Source of the DNA: an uncultured bacterium
GTDB lineage: Bacteria > Patescibacteriota > Minisyncoccia > Phycocordibacterales > UBA9973
Reading direction: 5' to 3'
NCBI GenBank assembly: GCA_903825255.1
Contig: CAIJZZ010000070.1
Location: 8,767 to 72,766 of the forward strand
DNA: 64,000 nt
Part shown: positions 40,934 to 50,260 of the stretch, piece after piece
Layout: every line of letters starts with the position of its first letter
Numbering within the stretch: the first letter of the stretch is position 1
The notes under the pieces: model-generated
The model's input: only the letters and a program-made list of their open reading frames with translations
Databases searched by the model: none
What the model was told of the DNA's origin: nothing
Position numbers and translations under genes: made by a program

Positions 40934-42202
40934 ATGAAATACACAAAAAAAGTTTTAAAGAATGGTTTGAGGGTGATAACTGTGCCGATGAAGGATAATC
41001 CGACAGCGACAGTTTTGGTGTTAGTAGAAGCGGGTTCAAAATATGAAACAAAAAACATTAATGGCCTTTCTCATTTTTTGGAACATATGTGTTTTAAGGG
41101 AACCATAAAGCGCCCGAAGGCAATTGATATCTCAAAGGAATTAGACGCTATAGGGAGCCAATATAACGCTTTTACAGCCCAAGAATACACAGGTTACTAT
41201 GCGAAATCAGATGCTAAACATTTCAAGCAGATATTCGATGTGGTTTCTGATATTTACTTAAATTCAACTTTTCCGGAAATAGAAATGCAGAAAGAAAAAG
41301 GAGTGATTATCGAAGAGATAAATATGTATGAAGATATGCCACAGCGACATGTGCAAGATTTAATGATGGAGCTTCTGTATGGTGACCAGCCAGCGGGTTG
41401 GAACATTGCCGGTGAGAAAAAAAATATTTTGGGAATGGTGCGAGATGATTTTGTTGCCTACAAAAAAGCGCATTATCTACCGGAAGCGACTCTTATCGTC
41501 GTGGCAGGGAAGGTAAAAGAAAAGGATGTTTTAAAAGAAATAAATAAAATTTTCAGTAAAGTTGCGAATGGAAAAAAAGCAAAAAAATTAAAAGTAATTG
41601 AAAAACAATCTACACCTCAAGCTTTAGTTAAATGGAAGGAAACAGACCAGACCCACTTTGTGCTTTCTGTTCGGACTTATGATTTATTTAATAAAAAAAA
41701 TGCAGTGCTTTCAGTTCTAAGTGGAATTTTGGGTGGAGGGATGAGTTCAAGACTTTTTCAAAAATTACGAGAGGAAATGGGAGTGGGGTATTATGTTCGA
41801 GCTTATAATGATGCTTTTACAGATCATGGATTTTTTCAAATTTCAGCAGGAGTAGACAATAAAAGAATCAATGAAGTGATTGAGGCTTGCTTGGAGGAAT
41901 GCAGAAAATTAATTAAGGAAAAAGTTTTAACAGAAGAATTAAATAAAGTAAAAGAATGTTTGATTGGGAACATGAAGCTCTCCCTAGAGTCCACTGATGA
42001 TATTGCTACTTTTTATGGTAGTCAAGAACTTTTAAAGAAGGAAATAAAAAATGCTGAAGAAAAAGCTAAAGAATTAAGGAAAGTTACGGCTAAACAAGTA
42101 CAAGATTTAGCTAAAGAAATATTTCAGAACAGTAAACTAAACCTTGCATTAATTGGACCTTTCAAAGAAAAAGAAGAATTCTTGAAAATTTTAAAATTTT
42201 AA
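40934..42202 (+). CDS. M16-family (pitrilysin-like) zinc peptidase
   Basis: The inverted zinc motif HFLEHMCFKGT (HxxEH) and a downstream EE. Confidence 0.88.
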   Translation: MKYTKKVLKNGLRVITVPMKDNPTATVLVLVEAGSKYETKNINGLSHFLEHMCFKGTIKRPKAIDISKELDAIGSQYNAFTAQEYTGYYAKSDAKHFKQIFDVVSDIYLNSTFPEIEMQKEKGVIIEEINMYEDMPQRHVQDLMMELLYGDQPAGWNIAGEKKNILGMVRDDFVAYKKAHYLPEATLIVVAGKVKEKDVLKEINKIFSKVANGKKAKKLKVIEKQSTPQALVKWKETDQTHFVLSVRTYDLFNKKNAVLSVLSGILGGGMSSRLFQKLREEMGVGYYVRAYNDAFTDHGFFQISAGVDNKRINEVIEACLEECRKLIKEKVLTEELNKVKECLIGNMKLSLESTDDIATFYGSQELLKKEIKNAEEKAKELRKVTAKQVQDLAKEIFQNSKLNLALIGPFKEKEEFLKILKF

Positions 42203-42208
42203 TATCTG

Positions 42209-42226
42209 TGTTATTATATTCTTATG
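42209..42226 (+). promoter_or_regulatory. extended -10 promoter placed for a leaderless transcript
   Basis: TGtTATTAT (42209-42217), then 6 nt, then ATG at 42224. Confidence 0.5.
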
Positions 42227-43303
42227 TTTGAGAATAATAACTTTACCTCTGTTTCTATTACTACTGGTACGATGATTCGGGCAGTTTTAGTGATTTTAGC
42301 TTTTCTATTAATTTGGTTGTTGCGTGATCTTGTCTTAATTATTTTAACTTCTATTGTCATAGCTTCATTTGTTGAATCAGCTGTTTTAAGAATGAAAAAA
42401 CATGGGATAGGTAGAGTTTTCGGAGTGGTTTTAATGTATGTAATTGGACTTTCTTTTTTGGCGACCATTTTTTATTTATTTGCTCCGCTTTTGATTACTG
42501 AAATATATAATTTTTCTACTTTCATTGCTGTTTATTTTCCTGATGTTGGTTTCCTTAATTTTTTCCAAAGTAGTGCTTTTTCTGGAGCTAAAGATATTGT
42601 GAATAATCTTTCTGGCCATTTGTCTTTAGGTGATTTACTGACTACCTCTAGAGCCTTTATGAGTAGTTTGGCTGGAGGTTTTTTCCAAACACTTTCTGTT
42701 ATTTTCGGTAGTATCTTTAATGTTTTTATGATCATAATTATTTCTTTTTATCTTTCAATTCAAGAAAAAGGTATAGAAAATTTATTACGTATTATTATTC
42801 CGTCGAAGCGTGAAGAATATGCTGTTGATTTATGGGAACGTTCACGTCGAAAAATAGCACTTTGGATTAAAGGTCAATTACTTTTGGGGCTTTTAGTCGG
42901 CGTGTTAGTTTATTTAGTTTTGGCTTTGTTGGGAGTTCAATATGCTTTATTGATGGCTATTTTTACTGCTTTTTTAGAACTTATTCCATATGGATTTTTA
43001 GTGGCGATGGTTCCAGCTATCGCTATCGCTTATTTAACGGGGGGCTTAGAAAGTTCTTTGATGGTGGCTGGAGCCTTTTTTATAATTCATCAATTTGAGG
43101 TTTATTTATTAGCTCCGTTAATCGTCAGAAAAGTAGTGGGATTATCACCATTAGTAGTGATTATTGCTGTTTTAGCTGGTTTTAATCTAGCCGGAGCATG
43201 GGGATTAATTTTAGCGATTCCGGTAGCAGTCTTTTTTATGGAATTTTTGGGTGATATGGAAAAAAATAAAATTTTTAGTAAAACGAACCATGAAACAAAA
43301 TAG
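42224..43303 (+). CDS. AI-2E family transporter (PerM/UPF0118)
   Basis: About 8 TM. LELIPYGF and a Gly-rich C-terminal TM bundle are typical of the family. Confidence 0.82.
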   Translation: MFENNNFTSVSITTGTMIRAVLVILAFLLIWLLRDLVLIILTSIVIASFVESAVLRMKKHGIGRVFGVVLMYVIGLSFLATIFYLFAPLLITEIYNFSTFIAVYFPDVGFLNFFQSSAFSGAKDIVNNLSGHLSLGDLLTTSRAFMSSLAGGFFQTLSVIFGSIFNVFMIIIISFYLSIQEKGIENLLRIIIPSKREEYAVDLWERSRRKIALWIKGQLLLGLLVGVLVYLVLALLGVQYALLMAIFTAFLELIPYGFLVAMVPAIAIAYLTGGLESSLMVAGAFFIIHQFEVYLLAPLIVRKVVGLSPLVVIIAVLAGFNLAGAWGLILAIPVAVFFMEFLGDMEKNKIFSKTNHETK

Positions 43304-44738
43304 TTTTTATTTAACTACAACTCTGCCGTATGTAAATGCAGATTTACATATGGGGCACGCGCTTGAATTTATTCGGGCAGATATTATTGCACGTTATAAA
43401 AAACTAGAGGGTTATGAAGTATTTTTTAATACTGGTACTGATGAACATGGTATGAAGATACAAGAAAAAGCGGATTCTTTAAAATTAAGTCCGCAAGAAT
43501 TTGTGGATCAGAGTTTTTTACGTTTTAAAGATTCAGTAAAAATATTTGGTATGTCAGAAGACTTACATTTTATTCGTACTACAGATAAAGCTCATGAGAA
43601 AGCGGTAAAAGAATTTTGGCTAGTAATTTATAAGAATGGTTATATTTATAAAAAAAATTATGAAGCGAAATATTGTGTTGGTTGTGAAGAAATAAAAAAT
43701 GATTCAGAAATCATAAACGGAGAATGCACGATTCACCCTGGAAGACCGCTTGAAATAATAAATGAAGAAAATTATTTTTTTAAGTATTCGGTATTTCAGG
43801 AAAAACTACAAGATCTTTATAAGCAAAATCCAAATTTTGTGGTACCAGATTTTCGTTTTAATGAAATTAAAGCTTTTGTGGAAAGAGGCTTACAAGATTT
43901 TTCTATTTCCCGTTTAAAATCAAAAATGCCTTGGGGAATAGAGGTACCAGGAGACTCTGAACATGTGATTTATGTGTGGTTTGATGCATTAGTGAATTAT
44001 ATTTCTACTTTGGGGTGGCCAGAAATAGGAGAAGGGACAGATTTTGATAAATATTGGGTGCACGGCACACCGACGCAATATTGTGGGAAAGATAATTTAC
44101 GTTTTCAGTCTGCAATGTGGCAAGCGATGTTGATGGCAGCCGAGATTCCAAATTCGCACCAGATAATCATCAATGGCTTTATTACTGGGGACGGGGGAGT
44201 AAAAATGTCTAAAACCTTAGGTAATGTAGTTGATCCTAAAACAATTGTAGAAGAATACGGCACTGATGCACTTCGTTTTTTCTTAGCGCGAGAAATTTCT
44301 CCTTTTGAAGATTCACCATTTACTATTGAGCGCTTTAAAGATGCATATAATTCAGGGCTAGCGAATGGGTTAGGGAATTTAACTAGTCGTATCATGACTA
44401 TGGCAGAAAATAATTTATCGGAGCCTGTTGTTTTAGGTGAATTTAATTTTGATGAAAATATTAAAAATGAAATAGAAAATTTTAATTTAAAAAATGTGAT
44501 AGATTTAATTTGGGTAAAGATTAGTAAACTAGACGAAACAATCCAGAAAGAACAGCCATTCAAATTAGTTAAAACAGATTTAGAAAAAGGAAAGGAAATA
44601 ATTAAAAATTTAGTTTTAGATTTATGGAACATTGCGAAGTCTCTAGAACCATTTTTACCTGAAACAGCTAAAAAAATAGAAGATTTAATTAAAGAAAATA
44701 AAAAACCAGAAACACCTTTATTTTTAAGAAAAGAATAA
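43290..44738 (+). CDS. metG: methionyl-tRNA synthetase (short form)
   Basis: TLPYVNADLHMGHA (HIGH-like) and KMSKTLGNVV. I prefer the start at MKQNSFYL (43290), which overlaps the upstream gene by 14 nt. Confidence 0.92.
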   Translation: MKQNSFYLTTTLPYVNADLHMGHALEFIRADIIARYKKLEGYEVFFNTGTDEHGMKIQEKADSLKLSPQEFVDQSFLRFKDSVKIFGMSEDLHFIRTTDKAHEKAVKEFWLVIYKNGYIYKKNYEAKYCVGCEEIKNDSEIINGECTIHPGRPLEIINEENYFFKYSVFQEKLQDLYKQNPNFVVPDFRFNEIKAFVERGLQDFSISRLKSKMPWGIEVPGDSEHVIYVWFDALVNYISTLGWPEIGEGTDFDKYWVHGTPTQYCGKDNLRFQSAMWQAMLMAAEIPNSHQIIINGFITGDGGVKMSKTLGNVVDPKTIVEEYGTDALRFFLAREISPFEDSPFTIERFKDAYNSGLANGLGNLTSRIMTMAENNLSEPVVLGEFNFDENIKNEIENFNLKNVIDLIWVKISKLDETIQKEQPFKLVKTDLEKGKEIIKNLVLDLWNIAKSLEPFLPETAKKIEDLIKENKKPETPLFLRKE

Positions 44739-44739
44739 A

Positions 44740-45588
44740 ATGCCGAAATATATTGATATCCATTGTCATGTAAATTTTAAAACCTTCAAAGAGGATGGAG
44801 ATGAAGTTATAGGTCGTGCCTTAGATGCAGATACTTGGCTTTTTAATGTTGGTAGCCAATATAGTACCTCAAAGAGAGCAGTAGAGATAGCCCATAAATA
44901 TAAAGAAGGGGTGTATGCAATCATTGGACTTCACCCAATACATCTCGAAGAAGCGTTTCATGATGAAGATGAGGTGGGAGGTGATGGTTTTATGTCGAGA
45001 GCAGAAGTTTTTGATAAAAATAAATATTTGGAATTAGCTAGAGATCCGAAGGTAGTAGCTATCGGTGAATGTGGATTAGATTATTATCATTTAGATTCTG
45101 ATTCAATTCAAAAACAAAAAAAAGTTTTTATAGAACAAATTGAACTAGCCAATGAAGCAGAGAAGCCACTGATGCTACATATCAGGAATAACCCAGATGA
45201 TAAGAGTCATAATGCGTATTTTGATACTTGGGAGATTTTAAAAGAGAATGCGAAAGTCAAAGGAGTGTCGCATTTTTTTGCTGGTAGTGTAGAGGATATG
45301 CAAAGGTTTGTGGACATAGGATTTTATATTTCTTTCGCGGGTCCAATTACTTATAAACCCAAGCCTGAAATTTGTGATTATATTTCTGTTATAAAAGCGA
45401 CTCCACTAGATAAAATTTTAACGGATACTGATTCGCCTTATGTCGCTCCGGTGCCATATCGTGGAAAAAGAAACGAGCCATCTTATGTACGAGAAATTGT
45501 AAAAAAAATCGCCGAAGTCAAAGGTCTACCTGAAGAAACTGTCGCAGAGGCGATAGTGGAGAATGCTAAAAGACTTTTTGGAATATAA
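44740..45588 (+). CDS. tatD: TatD-family metal-dependent hydrolase
   Basis: IDIHCHVNF, IGECGLDY, LHIRN and TDSPY are present. Confidence 0.88.
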   Translation: MPKYIDIHCHVNFKTFKEDGDEVIGRALDADTWLFNVGSQYSTSKRAVEIAHKYKEGVYAIIGLHPIHLEEAFHDEDEVGGDGFMSRAEVFDKNKYLELARDPKVVAIGECGLDYYHLDSDSIQKQKKVFIEQIELANEAEKPLMLHIRNNPDDKSHNAYFDTWEILKENAKVKGVSHFFAGSVEDMQRFVDIGFYISFAGPITYKPKPEICDYISVIKATPLDKILTDTDSPYVAPVPYRGKRNEPSYVREIVKKIAEVKGLPEETVAEAIVENAKRLFGI

Positions 45589-45604
45589 ACGCAATAGTAA
45601 TTTA

Positions 45605-45640
45605 AAAAAGAGGTGTTTATTTTTATAAACACCTCTTTTT
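45605..45640. terminator. bidirectional intrinsic terminator
   Basis: AAAAAGAGGTGTTTAT-TTTT-ATAAACACCTCTTTTT. Confidence 0.8.
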
Positions 45641-45656
45641 GATATTAAGGATATTT

Positions 45657-45983
45657 TTATTTAAAAGTCTCCTTTATCTTTTTTTCACCCTTTTCGAATT
45701 CTCCCTCCTTTAACATTTTTTTAGCGTTTTTTAGAATTTGTAACGCTTCAGATAGCTCGGCAGTTGCCTGGTTGTTCCACATATTTTTATCGTGTGGTAG
45801 AAAGCGAATGATAAAATTCGGTTTTTTGCTTTTAATATTGGTATCATTAACGCAAGATGGGTTAACGGTGTAATTTATACTTTTTGTATTTTCGTCCATC
45901 TTTTCTATTTCTATTTTCAACCCACCGATTTCCTGAGCTTTATTTCCCGCTTCAAGAGTAAATTCAGATACTTTTAGTGCCAT
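45657..45983 (-). CDS. hypothetical protein
   Basis: 108-aa ATG ORF. A TAAAAT box lies 7 nt upstream of its ATG on the minus strand. No motif recognised. Confidence 0.45.
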   Translation of the reverse strand: MALKVSEFTLEAGNKAQEIGGLKIEIEKMDENTKSINYTVNPSCVNDTNIKSKKPNFIIRFLPHDKNMWNNQATAELSEALQILKNAKKMLKEGEFEKGEKKIKETFK

Positions 45984-46092
45984 AATTTTTATTTTAAAGA
46001 GTTTATACTATTAAATCATATTTGATTTTAGCTTAATATAAAAAAATTATTTGTCAATATAAACCGGTGATGAATTTAAACATCACAGTTTT

Positions 46093-46121
46093 TTGACATT
46101 TAGAGATAAAATTGCTAATAT
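46093..46121 (+). promoter_or_regulatory. consensus-like sigma70 promoter for rpsF-ssb-rpsR
   Basis: TTGACA (46093-46098), 17-nt spacer, TAATAT (46116-46121). Confidence 0.7.
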
Positions 46122-46127
46122 AACCAA

Positions 46128-46221
46128 GTCTCATTTGAACTGGCTCTGAATCCAGTTCACAAGGTCCATAATGAGATTTTATAAAAATTAACAATAGTTC
46201 GCGTTTAAACGCGAAAAAATA
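46128..46221 (+). promoter_or_regulatory. structured 5-prime leader of the rpsF operon
   Basis: Nested helices TCTCATT/AATGAGA (46129-46176) and GAACTGG/CCAGTTC. The perfect palindrome TTCGCGTTTAAACGCGAA (46198-46215) lies just before the ATG. Confidence 0.4.
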
Positions 46222-46716
46222 ATGACTAATGAAGAAGAAAGTAATATAGTAGATCCTCGCATTTACGAGGTTAGTTATCTTTTAGCACCTACTATTCCAG
46301 AAGAAAATGTAGCTGGTTTATATGGAGATTTAAAAGAACTCATCGCCTCACTAGGGGGTAGTGTGATTTCCGATGAAATGCCAAAATTAATTGAGCTTGC
46401 ATATCCAATGTTAAAAGTAGTGCAAAATGTTCGAAACAAATTTAGCTCTGCTTATTTTGGCTGGGTGAAATTTAGTATGGAAGCAGAAAAAGTTTTAGAA
46501 TTAAAAAAGAAAGTTGATTTAGATCCAAACATAGTTCGTTCTTTGATTATTAAAACCGTCAAAGAAAATACTCTCGCTTCAAAGAGATTTGTTAGTAAAG
46601 AAGGTGGTCATAGCAAGAGACCAATGTTTACTAAAAAGGAAAACAATCCTGAAGAAGCTGCTCCAATAAATAAAGAAGAAGTCGATAAAGAGATCGATGC
46701 GATGATCTCTGTTTAA
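46222..46716 (+). CDS. rpsF: 30S ribosomal protein S6 (extended C-terminus)
   Basis: The YEVSYLLAP start, LAYPM and the rpsF-ssb-rpsR synteny. Confidence 0.85.
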   Translation: MTNEEESNIVDPRIYEVSYLLAPTIPEENVAGLYGDLKELIASLGGSVISDEMPKLIELAYPMLKVVQNVRNKFSSAYFGWVKFSMEAEKVLELKKKVDLDPNIVRSLIIKTVKENTLASKRFVSKEGGHSKRPMFTKKENNPEEAAPINKEEVDKEIDAMISV

Positions 46717-46747
46717 GATTATTAATAATTTTAATTAAATAAAAATT

Positions 46748-47203
46748 ATGTATCTAAATAAAGCAATCGTTATAGGAAATCTTACTCGCGATCCAGAATT
46801 AAGATCATTACCTTCAGGGATAAAAGTTTGTTCATTTTCTTTGGCTACAAATAGAGTGTGGAAAGATAAAAATGGAGCGAAACAAGAATCAGCTGATTAT
46901 CACAACGTGGTAGTTTTCGGCCGACAAGCTGAAACTGTCGCTCAGTATATGAAAAAGGGGAGTTCAATGCTCGTAGAAGGTAGAATGCAGACTAGAAGTT
47001 GGGATGATAAAACTAGTGGAGAGAAAAAATATCGCACAGAAATAGTTGCAGACAGAACTCAATTTGGACCAAAAGGTGGTTCAACAGGTTCTAGTTCAGG
47101 CGGAGCAGTAAATACTCCTTCTAAAGCTCCAGAGAGTGGGGGAGAGATGGATACTATCGAATATCCAGAAGAAGATATCAATCCAGAAGATATTCCATTC
47201 TAA
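46748..47203 (+). CDS. ssb: single-stranded DNA-binding protein
   Basis: MYLNKAIVIGNLTRDPELR opens the OB fold. A Gly/Ser-rich linker leads to the acidic tail EDIPF. Confidence 0.92.
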   Translation: MYLNKAIVIGNLTRDPELRSLPSGIKVCSFSLATNRVWKDKNGAKQESADYHNVVVFGRQAETVAQYMKKGSSMLVEGRMQTRSWDDKTSGEKKYRTEIVADRTQFGPKGGSTGSSSGGAVNTPSKAPESGGEMDTIEYPEEDINPEDIPF

Positions 47204-47241
47204 ATAAATAAATTATTAATCAAGAATTATAAATAAAAAAA

Positions 47242-47442
47242 ATGAAACAAGATTACTTTTCATCAAATAATATAAAATATATAGACTACAAGGATATTGA
47301 AATTCTAAAAAAATTTTTGAATCCAAATGGTAAAATTGTCAGTCATAAGCGTACTGGAGTGACTTCAAAAAATCAACGTCAGCTTGCCATGGCAGTGAAA
47401 CGAGCTCGTTTTATGGGCTTATTGCCATTTGTCGCTAAATAA
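47242..47442 (+). CDS. rpsR: 30S ribosomal protein S18
   Basis: IDYKDIEILKKFLNPNGKIVSHKRTGVTSKNQRQLAMAVKRARFMGLLPF. Confidence 0.9.
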   Translation: MKQDYFSSNNIKYIDYKDIEILKKFLNPNGKIVSHKRTGVTSKNQRQLAMAVKRARFMGLLPFVAK

Positions 47443-47460
47443 AAAATTTATTTGAAATTT

Positions 47461-47490
47461 AAAAAAGCCCTCCATTTGGAGGGTTTTTTT
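47461..47490. terminator. bidirectional intrinsic terminator
   Basis: AAAAAAGCCCTCC-ATTT-GGAGGGTTTTTTT lies between rpsR and the convergent efp. Confidence 0.85.
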
Positions 47491-47499
47491 AAATTAAAT

Positions 47500-48087
47500 T
47501 TATTTGCTAGCTCGTTCGACGTAATCTCCATTTTCAGTATTAATGATGACCGTGTCACCTTCATTGATAAACATTGGAGCGTTTATTGTAGTTCCGTTTT
47601 CGAGAGTAATCACTTTATTGCCACCCTTAGAAGTATCTCCGCGAACTGCTGGTGGAGCTTCTTTGACTTTGAATTCCATTTTGATAGGTAGAGTTAGCCC
47701 AATAGTTTTTTCTTCATCGTCATCTGTCGTCCAGACGAGAGCGGTGACATTTTCATTCGCTTTTAAAAATTTAGCAGTATTGCCAAGCAAGTCACCATTT
47801 AATTTAAATCTATTTTTAGGATCTTCTGGGTCACAGAACCAATATTCGCCTTTATTACTGTATAAAAATTTCACATCTCGTTTTTCGATTTCAGCTTCAT
47901 CGGCTTTATCGGAAACGTGATAAGTAGCGGGGAAGACCTTTCCAGAAATTAAACTTTTTAATTTAACCTGGTTTTGAGGTTTGCGTTGTTGAGTTCGAGC
48001 GACATGAGACTCAATAACTTCACAAGGTTCGTCGTCATGAATAATTACTTTCTTTTCTCTTATTGCACTATATTCTAATGTTGCCAT
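47500..48087 (-). CDS. efp: elongation factor P (atypical domain-I loop)
   Basis: Three-domain EF-P layout. The C-terminal GDTSKGGNKVITLENGTTINAPMFINEGD is present. The loop reads HVARTQQRKPQNQVKL instead of FVKPGKGQAFARVKL. Confidence 0.88.
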   Translation of the reverse strand: MATLEYSAIREKKVIIHDDEPCEVIESHVARTQQRKPQNQVKLKSLISGKVFPATYHVSDKADEAEIEKRDVKFLYSNKGEYWFCDPEDPKNRFKLNGDLLGNTAKFLKANENVTALVWTTDDDEEKTIGLTLPIKMEFKVKEAPPAVRGDTSKGGNKVITLENGTTINAPMFINEGDTVIINTENGDYVERASK

Positions 48088-48179
48088 ATTTTTATACTAG
48101 CAGAAAAAAATTTTAAATCAAACTTTTTATGTTTAATTTATTTTATTGTTTATTTACCAATAAAGACTAGTAAGTATTT

Positions 48180-48725
48180 TTACGGTAAATAGGCTTTTCC
48201 ATTTGTGCTGACATTATGTACTAAAAGAGAATCTCGAAAAGCGGTAAGTGTTTCAATAATTTTCCCCTTATTAGTATTATTTGGTATTGTAATAAGATAT
48301 TCAAGGTTAAGGTCAGTTACATTTGGCATATTTTTACGAGCTGATTCAAAAGATTTAGTTAAATCTTCTTCTGAAGTTGAATTAATAAGTCTTTGAACTA
48401 CTAATCCATAAGTATCAATAATACTATTTATTTCAGTTGTATCAGCTCCGCAAAGACTTTTAAAATATTTTTCTCTTAATCTAATATCAGTGCCTGCCTT
48501 AAAGATAACCACAAACTGTGTCAGTGAATCATCATTTTTAAATTCAACCGGATAAAGATTTTTTGTTTTATATTGAGGAACAGAACAATTACCAAGGGGG
48601 TTAGATGAAATATATTTATTTTGGGGAATAGGCTTGTTTTTCAAAAATAAGAAAAAAGCTAAACCAATAATTGAGAGGATAAGTACTATTAATAAAACGT
48701 TGGTTAATTTATTGTTTTTTTGCAT
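48180..48725 (-). CDS. hypothetical membrane-anchored protein
   Basis: 181 aa, with an N-terminal TM (LTNVLLIVLILSIIGLAFFLFL). It lies immediately downstream of recA on the same strand. Confidence 0.5.
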   Translation of the reverse strand: MQKNNKLTNVLLIVLILSIIGLAFFLFLKNKPIPQNKYISSNPLGNCSVPQYKTKNLYPVEFKNDDSLTQFVVIFKAGTDIRLREKYFKSLCGADTTEINSIIDTYGLVVQRLINSTSEEDLTKSFESARKNMPNVTDLNLEYLITIPNNTNKGKIIETLTAFRDSLLVHNVSTNGKAYLP

Positions 48726-48734
48726 AAAATTATT

Positions 48735-49805
48735 TTATTCTTCTTCCTTAAACTTCTTTCTTATCTCCTTTAGAATATCTGTAGCGATTTTTTTATTTTC
48801 TTTGAGGAATGTGCGAGTGTTGTCATAACCGACTCCTAATTTTATTTTCTCGCCCTGTGAAGCCTTGGCGGAGGAGGGTTCTTTTTCGCCACCTGGTGTA
48901 TAAAAATAAGAGTTACCAGTTTTTTCTATGATTTTAAATTTTTCACCAAGAGCCATTATTTCTCCTTCTTTAGAAATACCTTCGTTGTAAATGATATCAA
49001 ATTCAGTTTGTTTGAATGGTGCCGCCACTTTATTTTTTACGACTTTTACGCGAGTGCGGGAACCGACGACGTCTTCGCCTTTTTTAATTTGAGCAATTTT
49101 ACGAATATCTAATCGAATAGAAGTATAGAACTTCAAAGCTTTTCCACCAGTTGTTGTTTCTGGATTACCAAACATTACACCGATTTGCATACGGATTTGG
49201 TTGATAAAGATAACAACCGTTTTTGATTTAGCGACGATAGCCGTGAGTTTTCGAAGCGCTTGTGACATTAAACGAGCTTGTTTCCCGACGTGGTATGCGC
49301 CCATATCACCTTCGATTTCATCTTTTGGAGTAAGGGCAGCGACAGAGTCGATGACAATTACATCAATCTTACCAGTACGAACTAAACTTTCTACTATTTC
49401 TAAGGCTTGTTCACCTGTATCCGGTTGAGAAATAAGTAAGTCATTAATATTTACGCCAAGTTTTTTAGTGTATTCAGGATCCATAGCGTGCTCAGCATCA
49501 ATGTAAGCACAAACACCACCTAGTTTTTGAGCTTCAGCCACGATATGCAAAGAAAGGGTAGTCTTACCCGAGGATTCTGGTCCAAAGATTTCAATAATTC
49601 TGCCACGTGGAATTCCTCCGACACCGAGCGCCATATCTAATCCAATAGAGCCTGTCGGAATGACATTGATATCTACTTTCGGTGTGTCACCCATTTTCAT
49701 AATGGATCCTTCCCCGAATTTAGTCTGGATCGCCTTTAATGTATCTTCTAAGCCTGATTGATTTACTGTTTTGTCTTCTTTTTTCTCTTTTTTCTTTTGT
49801 TGCAT
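48735..49805 (-). CDS. recA: recombinase RecA
   Basis: [13 protein letters not shown] (Walker A), [10 protein letters not shown], and the loop regions [19 protein letters not shown]. Confidence 0.96.
   Translation of the reverse strand: MQQKKKEKKEDKTVNQSGLEDTLKAIQTKFGEGSIMKMGDTPKVDINVIPTGSIGLDMALGVGGIPRGRIIEIFGPESSGKTTLSLHIVAEAQKLGGVCAYIDAEHAMDPEYTKKLGVNINDLLISQPDTGEQALEIVESLVRTGKIDVIVIDSVAALTPKDEIEGDMGAYHVGKQARLMSQALRKLTAIVAKSKTVVIFINQIRMQIGVMFGNPETTTGGKALKFYTSIRLDIRKIAQIKKGEDVVGSRTRVKVVKNKVAAPFKQTEFDIIYNEGISKEGEIMALGEKFKIIEKTGNSYFYTPGGEKEPSSAKASQGEKIKLGVGYDNTRTFLKENKKIATDILKEIRKKFKEEE
48850..48880 (-). repeat. family B GC-rich element, copy B2 (in frame inside recA)
   Basis: The recA-sense strand reads AACCCTCCTCCGCCAAGGCTTCACAGGGCGAG, about 25 of 33 identical to 53929-53962. 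It is flanked by the direct repeats GGCGAAAAA / GGCGAGAAA. Confidence 0.65.
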
Positions 49806-49832
49806 AAACTTTTTAGTAATTTTGTAGGATTT

Positions 49833-49885
49833 GCTTTTTCGAGCTGGTCTGGCTTCAAACCGAGGACCCGAGAAAAAGTAAAGCC
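49833..49885 (-). repeat. family A GC-capped hairpin element, copy A4
   Basis: The reverse complement reads CTTTTTCTCGGGTCCTCGGTTTGAAGCCAGACCAGCTCGAAAAAG. Confidence 0.75.
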
Positions 49886-49892
49886 TATAAAA

Positions 49893-50249
49893 TTACTTTA
49901 ATATTAATTTATAATTTTTTTCATCACTATTTTTAAATTTATCTTCTGCTTTTATATCAATTATATTATACCCCAAGAGGAGTGCAATCGTTTCATCAAA
50001 GTTGCCTTGTTGGTCGATTGAGATTATTCTACCATTTATGCTTAAGTTTATTGCATTTTTTGCATTACCAGTGATTCGCATAATCTCACCAGGAGTAGTA
50101 GACCCGTCCATGATATTTATAATCTGTACATTTTTTATTTTTACACCGAAGATCAAGTCTCTTGAGCCGATAAAAACAAAAATTATTATTATCAGAAATA
50201 AAAGTGATACCGATCCTATTTTAACAATTTTTTTCGCGTCTTGGTTCAT
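49893..50249 (-). CDS. hypothetical single-TM protein
   Basis: 118 aa, with a TM (IGSVSLLFLIIIIFVFIG). It lies between ftsK and recA on the same strand. Confidence 0.5.
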   Translation of the reverse strand: MNQDAKKIVKIGSVSLLFLIIIIFVFIGSRDLIFGVKIKNVQIINIMDGSTTPGEIMRITGNAKNAINLSINGRIISIDQQGNFDETIALLLGYNIIDIKAEDKFKNSDEKNYKLILK

Positions 50250-50260
50250 TTTGGTTAGAC

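Noticed and set aside
44105-44632. 175-aa minus-strand ORF inside metG. Similar antisense ORFs occur at 25757-26212 in glyA, 3062-3391 across ccdA/trx, 16463-16858, 8820-9191, 63029-63394, and other short ones.
   Set aside because: They lie fully within well-supported sense genes. They have hydrophobic or low-complexity translations typical of antisense frames in AT-rich DNA, and no promoter or start context.
47452-47920. Plus-strand ORFs 47452-47691 and 47543-47920.
   Set aside because: Both are antisense to the well-supported efp gene, and the first begins inside the rpsR/efp terminator.
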